Shown: piece after piece, positions 21,901-33,900 of the stretch
Layout of the letters: each line of letters opens with the position of its first letter
Position numbering within the stretch: the first letter of the stretch is position 1
Origin: Priapulus caudatus
Lineage: Eukaryota
Assembly (NCBI RefSeq): GCF_000485595.1
Contig: NW_014577088.1
Span: forward strand, 46,983 to 83,245
Length of the DNA stretch: 36,263 nt
Reading direction: 5' to 3'
Translations under genes and position numbers: made by a program
Notes under the pieces: generated by a model
What the model saw: only the letters and a program-made list of their open reading frames with translations
Told to the model about the DNA's origin: nothing
The model's database searches: none

Positions 21901-24900
21901 GGAGGCAAGAAGAAACGACGTGGGACCCACGCAAGGTACTCGATCAGGCAATTGGATATTTGGTCTCAGCATTCCGTAGTCTTCTATATGTGAGCAGGTC
22001 TGCAATTGTTAGCTCATCTGACATAGTCAGATGCAGCTTGTAGAATCGCATGATCGTCCGTGCGTCCGTGCGTCCGTCCGTCCGTCCGTCCGTCCGTCCG
22101 GGCGTCAACAGTTGGGCACAAATCTTAACCGCTCGACGTACGGTCACGATATTCGGGACGTGGGGGGGTAATCCGAAAACGAGTTGGGATGTCGAAGCTG
22201 GGGGTCAAAGGTCAAAGGTCAAGAGGTGTAAAAGAAGGGGGAACATTCACTCCTTAACTTAAGGTATAGGGAGGAAATGCAGAATTGCGGCACAAATCTA
22301 AACGGCTCGACCTAGGCTCGTGATAGTCGGTGTATAGCATCATGGTAGGAAAAGCCATCACTGTGCCGAAATTGGAGGTCACAGGTCAAAGGTCAGTGGG
22401 CACAGGGCAGATTTTAGACATTTTCTGAGGACATGGTCTGACGGAGCGATTGAAAAACTTTTTTGTTTCAGCGGTGACCTAGTATTTTTATGGCTTTATT
22501 GAAAGGACCATGAAATGTCCCTTCTGCTGACATGCGAAGAGTAAGTGTCGGATAACCTTTTGACCCTCAAGAGGAGGGTTAAACTTGGATTTGTTGACTG
22601 TCTGTTAGAAAGAATTTGACTGCCGGGTTTGCTAGTAGAATCTATACATGCCTGGATGTATGAGGCTACAATGTCACAGTGAAATTTCAAAAGCTAAATT
22701 TGGTTAAAGAAGGTGTATGTTCCTTAAATCGTATAATTTCTATGTCATTCTGTACTGTCAGTATGTTACATGTAACGTATGCCACTGCCAGTGGCTGCTG
22801 CCAGTGCATGTGTTGGTGCAGTTTTTGCCTGCGTTAATTGGTTACAGGTGGCAGCTCTCTATTGCAATTTGCAGCCTGTAGGCTTGCGTAGGTAAATGGA
22901 TGAGTGCTTACCTATTCTGTCTTGCAAATAGTTGTTGCTACTACGTATGATGGGAGCTTCCATCTTTAATCTGAAGACACTTAAACGTACGCGCCATCTC
23001 GTGGCAACTTTCATAACGATCCCAACGAACATTCTTTTGGGAAGGTTCCTGATACCATCCCTGTGCATTCCACTGTTTCGGCGTGTATGTGAACACATTT
23101 GGGACTAACAGGGTTTACTAGAATCCCACCACTCCACCACAGAGTCACCGCAGTAGACGTTAGATGAGCGCTGTCGCTCTGCGGCACTTGTTACAGAGTA
23201 ATTTTAGTTTGGAGAAAAATTATTTTAGTAGTATGGTTTGTTCATTAACAATATTGACTTATTTCAGTATGACTGCCTGAATCCATACAATCACCAGAAA
23301 ATGGCAGTCCTGTTCAACAGCTACTCATATGTGTCAGCGAATGCACCCAATTACTGTGTCAATCCCTGGTATGTACAATGGTAGCAGAACAGTTATACAC
23401 ATAGACATTTTACAGCATAGTGTAATTAATACATAATACATAATGCATTCTTTCTCCTACAAGATGTTCTAGATTTAATAGCTCTATATGTGAATTTAAT
23501 TTACCTTCTGTTATATTCTGATGCTGTTACATTCTGTGTTGCATGTCTTGCTTTGGCTTCGCTCATGTTTCGAGAAAACCTGAAGATAGTGTGGGATAAA
23601 TGACTGACAGATGTGCGATTGGTTGCTTCAGGGTTGTAACTATGGATTTCTATGGGAGAAATGACATAACACTAGGAGCCTTCCTGGAACGCTATTGTTT
23701 TAGGTAAGTCCATTAAATTATGTAAGAAATGATAGTGGAATGTCGCAGTGAAATTTTATATACGTTTTTTTTTATAAATGAAGATGTATTTAAACACATG
23801 TCGTAGGAAAAAGTATTGATAGAGACTATGTCTGAACAGCTGAGCAATGTTGCATCATTCTTTTAGGCAGACATATCTGTGCCCTAGCGTGTTGTGTGAC
23901 ACACCAATGCTAGACCACATACGCAAGTTTTCCCACGAAGAAGGGTGTGTGCAAATAGACCTGCGCAAACTAGAACAACCCATCCCTGGTCCAGGAGAGA
24001 ATATACTCATGTGGAGTTGGTGTAGGAAATGCAGACAGGCAAGTCTAACCTTTTCAACAACATTCTTACTCATGTTCACACCTATTATTATGTAAAACCA
24101 GTGAAATAATTTGATGACAAAATCAGGACAACACACTTGTGGGCGTATTATAAAATTATAATGTAATCGAATTTGATTTGTCTTTCAGGTGACCCCAGTA
24201 GTACCAATGTCAAGGTCAACATGGTCCATGTCCTTTGCCAAATATCTCGAGCTACGTTTCCATGGTTACCAGTATGGCTGTCGAGCAGAGCAGGATGTCA
24301 CATGCACACATTCTCTACATCATGATTACTACCAGTACTTCGGCAGTGGAGAATACGTTGCCTCCTTCAAGTAAGTATCCATGTGTGCGTGTGTGTGTGC
24401 GTCTCTGTGTGTGTGCGTGCCTGCGTGCATGCGTTCGTGCGTGTGCGTGCATGCGTGCATACTAGGGCAATGCCAATGAGGTTATAGAATGATGAAAATT
24501 GAAATGGTGTGAATAATTTATGTTGAAAATGTTTATAAAGCATAATTGTTACGTAAATTCTTAATTAATATCACTATAAACAAAGTACCAAATATCGTTT
24601 ATGCTATTTTAACGCTAATGCAATAAGTCATACATATTATGAATTTAGACTGTATGTATGTATGTATTAGTTTCCCAAATACTAGTTTTCTTACTGTTCT
24701 GTAGGTATTCGCCGATTTTACTAAGGGAAATCTGCCTGCCACCTTCCATCATCACCGTAAAAGAAGATCGAATCAAACACAATGATATCATAGAGAACGT
24801 GAAGTACCTCGCTGTAAAGTAAGCCAACACCTTCTTTTCTGCCAAGATATTAAAAAAATCAGAAGTTACAGCAGGCATTCAACAGTGGAATTAAATTGAA

Positions 24901-27900
24901 TTGAATTGCTAATATTTACCGTAATTTATAAAGTGTTTATTGCTGATATCATGTTATATGAGTGAAACTTGAAAGCTGTAAGGAAGAATTTAGATATTAT
25001 CCGAGAAACGGATGCATTATTGGTTCCACGTATTAGAAATCCATTCCTTCCCAGCATGACTTAATTTTCCAATTATCACTACCTGAAATCTTCATTTTTT
25101 AGAGGTTATGGAGTGTACAGTGCAGTGCTGGAAAGAATTTTGACACTGAAGGAAGCTGTAGTTGGTAGTAAATATGAGCAAACCATTGCAGACTACATGG
25201 TTAAACAACAGATTGAAAGATCAGAATTCCGAAGGTAGCACACTGAATCTATATATACACGTACATTTGTCCATCTTAGTCAAGTCATGTGTCATATCAC
25301 AGCCATATTGTGCTTGATTATGTAAACCAATGTTTTATTATAAGCATTGCATGTAAGTCAGTGACCATCTCATTTGTATTTTATCAGAGGTCCATCATAA
25401 TGTCTTTAAAAAAAATCGAAGAACAAGTAAAAAATTCAGTTTTTTTTTCCAATTAAGTATTGATATTTTTCTTTTGTGATTGATCAGAGTAAAAATTTGT
25501 TAAATACATTTTTGAGACATCAAGAATTGTATGTATAATTATGCTGTTGTAGGTATATAGAGGATATTCAACTGATGCTCGTTGTCCCAGAACTCACAAC
25601 TTTCCTCGACAATCAAGCAGACAGCAACCCAGGAGGTACATAGTGTTTAATAACTAAACACAACATTGACAATGAATTTTATTAAGCAGCTGACAGTATA
25701 TAGAGTACAATGATCTATGTATGTTGGCCTTAATTTCGTTTAGTTTTTGTCCATGTTCTTGTGCAGTGGTGTTTATAAATATGCTGGAGTACCTTGCTTG
25801 TATTCAGTGTGAAATTAAATCTTAGGATTTACATGTTTCAGGTTTACAGCTGTTCCTTGAGATTCTGGATTCGATTACTAAGTTGAAAACGGTGATTGCT
25901 GGTGCTGTTGTTTTTTGGAATGCCAGGTGAGCAGTGATAGACATATATGTAAGCACAAGAGTAATTATCATGATCATCTATTTCTCAGAAAGCATACATG
26001 TGATCTGTAGTGATAAAAAAGGAAGTCCAGCATTTTCTTTTCACGTGCCTTTAGGATTACAGAATTTCTTCAAGCAAAAAAGTTGGAAGACAAGATAAAG
26101 TCAAAGACCAACCCCAAACTGCCTGTTGTAGCAGGAAGATCTAGAGATGAGACATTGTCGACACCAGCCTTTGTGTCCACACCAAACTATACTGGGGCAC
26201 CAGTGCAGCCCTCTGCGCATAAGGATGCTGTGAGTTACCGCAGACAGAGATTTTACAGGAAGAGTTGTTAAAATTATATTGGCTTCTTCCAGTTTTACAC
26301 TAGTAGCATTGTCATCACTTATAAATTACTATATTTTACTTTCATTTTTTGTAGAAGTCACATTTCTATTTCTAGGAGATGCCCTCAACGACACTGCAAA
26401 AACAAAGCTCTGGTATTTTCGTTAATACCACAACACCTATTAGCGTTGTTCCACCAGGTGGCAGTGAAATCAATGATCTGTCGATACCTGAGCTGGGACA
26501 AACTGGTAGTGATTCCCCATACACTCAGAAATTGATAAATAATGAGGGTAAGTGCAAAGATTTGCATAAAATCTATATTATGTGGTACCTAATAAATTAT
26601 CAAAATGTCATTTACTAACAATGTGTGTGAATATTATATAGTTGATAATAAATTGCTAATAATTAGGCATTCATGCAGTTTCAGCAGAGTGCCAAGAGAC
26701 TGTGGATGCTCTTACTAAGCTAGAGATCTTCACACAAAATTCATGCAGTGGTAAGCTAATCAACAAATAGCTGAGCGACACACATTCATTTAAAAACGTT
26801 TACATATTGTAGTGTGGAACAACCGGTAACAGTGTAAAAAATATACTTCTTGCTTCGACCCATATAGCAATGTTTAATATAATACATTTATATGCATTAT
26901 AAATGCATGCAATACCTGAATGCATGCCATGCTATTTTATCAAAATATTAGTGCCACAGTAATAAAATTTACTTTCATTATTTTTTCAAACAGCCTCTTG
27001 CTCATCTGCTGGCGGCGTAAGTCAGAACTCGCCTGTGGAATTCAGCGTAGATCCTGGAATCTGTGCCATTGCTCAGCTGGCAGATGGAGCCACTGACAAG
27101 GATGAGCGATTTGTTGTATGTCATGCAAGGGATGGTAGGTTGTGTTATTACATGTGTGTGTGTGCGTGCGCGCGCGCGCGCGTGCGTGCGTGCGTGTGTG
27201 TGAGTGCGAGTGTGAGTGTGTGTGCATGTGTGAGTGTGTGTGTGTGGGGGGGGGGGTTGCGTTCATGTGTGCGTGTATGTGAGTGATTGTGTAAATTTCT
27301 CTCTATAAATTTTATTGTCTAGTTTTCCATTATTATGTAGTGACTTTTTGCCTGTCTATCATGTCTATTAGTAGGTTTAATGCAATCTGATTGTGTTTAG
27401 TAACAGCAGTACTCTAATAACCTGTCAATTTATTACTGCAGCAGGAGTAGACATGCTAAGATCTCACAGACGATGCCTGTCAGATGGGGAAACTCAGATG
27501 AAGCAAGCAAACAAGTGGTCTGCAGGTACGATGGTAGTAAATGCTGCAATGTCTGTGGGAGAGTTAAAGAATCAGGAAAATCAATTTGAAGAATTATAGT
27601 CTGATTTGAAATGTTTGCAGACACTTGCAGATGAATCTGATTCTTATAGAGTGGTTTAACTATCAGAGAGTTTGAACTGTTCAAATGTCTGAACTTAAAT
27701 AATCATGATTGGAATATTATGTTTTTGTAGAGGAAGATCAAACAGATTCAAAGGCTGAGAGGAAGACGGGGGGTGGTGCTACCATGAAAACAATATTTAC
27801 ACAGCTGATTTCTGGATCTGGATATGTTCCTCTGCCACTAGCTTTGTAATTATCACAGTTAATGTTTTTTTCCTAAAAGTTTTATTTATGGAAGGCGTTG

Positions 27901-30900
27901 CTGTGTAATAGTTCTTTTAGGTTATAGTTCATTGCATGTAAATCTGTTATTCAATTATGAATTGGCATGGATCGAGCAGGTAGCATCTGAATTGAGGTAT
28001 GATATCTCACATTTATGTGTGAAGAGTGATAGTAAAGATTTCTAACTGTCTAACGTGGGAATGTTTTATTGCAGTCCTCCAGACGAGCACTACCTGCCAC
28101 CTGATCCAGGATCTGTACCCGTAGTCATCTACGACAAGGAATCCAGTTCCATTATTGCCTACACTCTTACGTATATTGATATGAATTAAACATACATGGT
28201 TATATAATTCTGCACATGTGAAAAATTTTGCTATATCTATTATTTTAGGCACCATGATAAACAGTGTCTTCTGTAAGTGTGTCTACACCAATGAGTGAGG
28301 TTTAATTTCGTGGATTATCACCAAATAGGATATTTCTAAAGGAGTGTATAGTGTTGGCTGCAGATATCTAGCGCTGACTACTCGTATATTATTTTGCAGC
28401 TCATCTGAGTATGCGAGTCAGCTGGAACACATACAAGTTGCTCTGCGTCAGTTGGCTACACCCCAGCCCTCTGCACATGGCAGGTAACATCACTGAATCC
28501 ACAGTATACAAGCAAAACTCTCAATAAATACCCTATTGTTGTGTGAAATGCCATGAGGTAGTACCCTTGAAGTGTGTGCTTTTAACGAAGCTTCCATTGC
28601 TTTATTTTCAGTCCAACGACGAAAAGACGAAATCAGAGTGGAGACCAGCTGTCACAGGATGGCTTAGATATTTTAGAAGGTATTAGACCAACAAGTTCTC
28701 GCCGTCGAAAAACATAACTACCCATTTATATTGGTTACAGTATGGCCAAGCTGTTCTGCTTCACATAATAGTATAAACGGTGTGAAGTTTATCAACAAGA
28801 ACACGGCACGAATCATCTTACGGACTTTCGAGGATAAGACAATTCACATTTGTAAATAAATGTGAATATATGACCGTAAACTAAATACAGCATCTTCCAA
28901 TATTATTTTAAAGTGACTACATCACGAATTTTCTATGGTAAAATTTGTAAAGTTTTTGTTGCCATTTTTTACATTAAAAGTAAGAACTAAAGGGACTAAA
29001 CGTATCGTTAAATTCTTACCTGATAAGATTGTTTCTCAACTAGCTAAAAATCCAAAAAACCTGGACGATTTGATATTAGTGTTTATAACATTAATTGCTT
29101 GCTATGGTCTATGTATAAGTCACGAGTGTAAGTTCACATCGAACAATATAGTAAAATAAGAAGTATAATGCAGCAATTTAACCATGAAAAGTGAACAGAA
29201 TCACTTATATTTTGTGAAAAAGGGGATTTTTTTTTTTAGTATTTACGGTGACATAATCACTTTAATGAGAAAAAATTCCTCTACATTTACTCTGGGAATG
29301 TACTTGCGTTCAGCAAGATGTGATTACTGCAATGCGCTGTGCGAGGTCATGTCATGTTTCAGTCGCTAATAGCTAGACTGCACCAGCTGGTTAAGTTGAA
29401 CAGTTTGCAGGGAGAGATGCGACTGGTCTCTAGTGATTGGTCACGACGTAGTGGTTAGTTGGGTCGACAGTGTCATTTGTCGCCTTCGCTTGCACTGGCT
29501 CTGTCTGTTCCATATTGAGGCCCTCGCAAGTCTGCTGTGCTTGCTTTCTTCCGGGGCAAAGACGTGGAGCGGTCCCCCAAGCTCTTGAGGGTGAACAAAG
29601 CTGCACTGAATGCTGCTTTGGACTCAGTGCAGTACATACCAGGGGCAGAGAGCGTTGATGAAGATGGTATCGGTGTTGCTCGCAATTGCCTGGTTGTGAC
29701 TTTGCCATGTCTGCTTGTGACTTTGCCATGTCTGCTTGTGACTTTGCCATGTCTGGTGTATGCACGCTCTTCAGTAGTTGGTAGTAGAAGGATCCAGTGT
29801 GCTTTCTGTTTGGTTGTTGTTCTGTTACCCCTTCAGTTTCAGCTTCAGTATATTCCGGTTTGCAACATTTTTCTGCAATTTAATTGAATTTTTTTGTAAT
29901 ACTGCAGTTTGACCCCGATATCCACGTTTGCAACACGGCGTAAAAATCTTTGTGTGAGCTTAGATTAACAAGCTTTGGACACACAGTATGAAAGAGCAAT
30001 AGCAATACAGGCATAAAAACGGGGTAAACTAAATAGGATGTGAGTTATTAGAATAAGCAGATGAATGAGTGGCATAGACCTTTGTTTTGTTTTGTTGTGC
30101 TTTGCTTGTGCTAGATTCTGTATCAGCAAAATAGTTGCTGCTTGTAAAAAAACAAATTATGTTAATGCTAGTACATTAACCACGTCATTAATTTTAGAAA
30201 ATAGAAATATTGTCATGTGAATAGGTATTGTGATATATATTTATAGAGGGATATGTAGCTAATTATCGTCTATCTGTTCTTATTCTAGATGTTCAGTCAC
30301 AAGATGACTTCATGATCAACAGTACAGATAAGGAAAAGGCCCTAAAGCAAGGCCTGAACCTTCACATAGAGCTCCGTATGTTACATCTGTGTACATCTAC
30401 CTACATGTGTTCTCACTGAAATTGACATTTGTAGTGAATAAGCATCTAGTCTATCCACTGCAAATAAGACGGTCATCATCTTGGTTAGATTGGGTTTTAC
30501 TAGTGATGGTTTTCATACTGATGTCAATTTTGTACAGAAGTGTTACTGTATTCTCATGTGTTATTAGCTCACCTTGACATCGTCAAGCTGAGCTATAGCC
30601 ATGGGTCGTCGTTCGTCGTCCGTCCGTCCGTCCGTCCGTCCGTCCGTCCGTCCGTCCGTCCGTCCGTCAACATTTCGCTTTGGTCAACGATAACTCAGGA
30701 ACTGTTTTACCCACATGTTTGAAATTGGGTATAGTTGTTACTGCTATGCTCCCATATGGAACGTCCTATTTTGGAGCACGCCAGTCGACGTACGTTCGAG
30801 TCACGGCAATTTTTTGGCAAAAATGGGAATTGCCATTAATCAGTTCAGGTTCAACAGATTTTGCTCATTTTTGGTATGTGAATGAATAAGGGCTAGGGGT

Positions 30901-33900
30901 TTTGATATTAAAAAAAATTATATGACCCTAATTATGCAAAAACCAGATAAAACCGTCTGTGCTGTCCACACTCGTCGGTTCGGCTTTACAATCATGTTCA
31001 CTTTGCACAATATCTTTATGCTTCAAAATGTATTCCTCTCACCTGCCGATATAAACCTATATTAGAGTAAAATTTTACAAACCACCATGTCGGAACGCAG
31101 TCATAACCTATTCTTCGTCGAACGCCATCGTGCGTAGCGCCAAAGCGGCGTATCGCGCCATCTACTGTCACCAATTGTGATTCATTGATTTATAAATATA
31201 TTGCAATCATACAGAGCAACTGGCTATCCGCCTAAAAAAACTCAATACGAAGTACCCACTTCTCATGCAACCAATTAACCTATTGACAACAGTTGTGCTT
31301 ATGTGCCAGGGAATACCACCATTGTCACGTGGTACATAGCAACTACGTGAATAACGTCCCCCTCATCTTAACCGTAACACATCGAGGAGCCCCGCTTTTA
31401 GGCAGTGCCTAAATCGAATATTATAAAAAACTTACTAGTGGTCTATCTTACAGAGTCGTCACGTTGACACTTCATACATGCAATGAGATCTACACTTCCT
31501 CCCTATATACGACACAGTGAATGCCTCTAACTTAATACAGTATGCAATTACTATACTTCCTCTACTTTTGTTCGAGTCACAAGGATAGTGTATTTTGTGT
31601 ATTATATCAGACCATGTTATAGCACCACTATACTAAGTATTCTTGTTACTATGCACACGCACGACCACACTCTTACATCCATCGCACACAGAATTCTCCG
31701 ACAACGCGGCCAAGTTCTACTGCCGGGTTTACTTTGCGGAGAGCTTTCGGAAGCTGCGCAAGCTGATCTTCCCGCAGGGCGAGGAGCACTACATCCGCTC
31801 GCTCTCACGCTGCTTCACGTGGATGGCACGCGGCGGCAAGTCCGGCTCCACGTTCTGCAAGACGCAAGGTGATTGAGACCAATGTGTGTGCATGCATGCG
31901 TGTGCTTGTGTGTTCTATTGCAGTGCTCTTAAAACCCAGTCACAGAGCGGCCAACCCCCCCCCCCCCCGATCTTATCACAAACTTATTCATATCACACCA
32001 ACCGACAAAATAAACACACACCACACTTCGTTAACACACACACAGCATCGTCATCCCGATCAGCTTAATCTCAGCATGAACCATTGTCTCGCGCGCCGGC
32101 GTCGTATTAGCCCCACACCTTCCCCGTGCCGTCATACATTTGGCACAAAATCTTAACCGCTCGACGTACTGACTCACGATATCGCGATGTCTGTGTTGAG
32201 CTGCCTACCTTTGTGGGGGGAGGCGGAAGATGAGCGTGAAAAGACTCTATATACAAATTTCCTGAGGTCAAGGTCGAAGATTCAGAAAGTTAAACTGGGG
32301 AATATTTCTGCGCGCTGAAGCGTTATACAGTATAGAGAGCCAATACGAATTGCGGACAATCACATCTTAACGCTCGACCTATGCTTCTTAATATTCGTTG
32401 TATAGTCGCTGGCAGGAGACACAAACCCATCACCACGTCGAATTGACCGTCACATTCAAGCCCGCATTGGGGCAAAGTCACAATATCAACATTTCTGAGA
32501 CATATCCAGAGTCAAGAAACTTCGACGGTCAAAACATGACAAGTCAAAAACTTCTTTGTTTACAGCCTCGACCCCATTTTATCAACTTATGAAACACCCT
32601 ACCATGAAACAAATGGCTTTCCACGAAGCGAGACTAAGTTCATCTAACTTTTACCCTCAAACCAGAATCTAAACATTGATTCCTGAACTCCTCAAGACTT
32701 CACAGTGTTTCATATGCCCATGGCCAATCCATAATCAGAAACCAATATCCTATAGCCCAAACCTACACACATCACTCAACCCGCTCAAAGTGCGTTGATC
32801 GAAATTCCCATCCTCCACTCTCCTTTATTAATGAGCGCGACCTTTCATACTGGGTATTTTCTATCTTTAGAGTGCGATAGTTTACCTATTGCTACTACAC
32901 AAACATTTACATAGTTTATTTACAACCAATTTAATAACAACAAATATAGAGTTTTATGCAAGCGAAGTAGAGATTGGTTTTTTAATATGATTAGGGTTCA
33001 GTCACACACTGCCACCATAAAAAGGAGTCCAAGCCACGCGATTGTATCAACCAAACTTGATTTTGAAGGTTCTGAAAGATCGTTTACTTCACAACCCCCG
33101 CTACTGCATATCTGCCGCCTACAAGGTTTCACTCCGCACACTTACATTTACGTTTCATAACCGTACACACAGACCTCAGACGAGGCCTCTGCGCGCCTTT
33201 TTGTGTCTTTCGTAATTTCATTCACACCCCAGCAATATTTTCATTCACCCTTGGGTAACATTCACCAGTAAGAAGCACTGTTGTATTTCTTCTTGACAGC
33301 CACACCACACCATTGTTCAGCCATCTGTAACTCGGTTTTTTACCAGAGTTAGTCGTAGCTAAGCAAGGTGAATACTGCATGTTCACAGCGACGAGCTATC
33401 GCCGCGCGAAGCCTAATGCGAGTGAGCGCGCGTTCCAGCACTACTGCAGTAACTCAAGCAATCACCAGACTACTTCAGCCCCAGATTTCGATTGTAATAA
33501 TAACTACTCCTGCCCATCTTGATGTGCTAATGCGTCTGCCGTTCGTTCCACCCAGACCTGATTTTCAGTCTCGTCTACATTGGGGCCAGTCATTCTAAAG
33601 ATATTTTAATTCAGGTTGTCATGGTAAGCAATCGTATTAATAACTGATCAAGTGTCGCTTAAACCCTGGAGGTAGATTAATGTCGTAATCACATCTTTTA
33701 TTGTTGTCCATGAGTAAGTTAGATAATTTAGAAAGAGAACAGCTTGTCATGCCCAACCTCTATACCAGTGAATTTTGCCATTGTGATCTCAGATGATAGG
33801 TTCATACTGACCAGATGTCACCGTTTAAATTTACATCCGTTTATCTCCTGACGTCCCCCTCCACTTACTTGCCGTTACATACAAAAGCACATCCGAAACG

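Noticed and set aside
20775..21908. 377-aa antisense ORF and other overlapping ORFs
   Set aside because: Expected shadow of the GC3-rich PIKfyve exon 15, where reverse-strand stops are rare.
27017..27022. GTAAGT donor consensus inside exon 27
   Set aside because: Phase 0, incompatible with the phase-1 acceptors of exons 28 and 29.
29430..29765. Minus-strand ORF with DMAKSQA repeats
   Set aside because: Product of the intronic 21-bp tandem repeat plus the antisense of exon 33.
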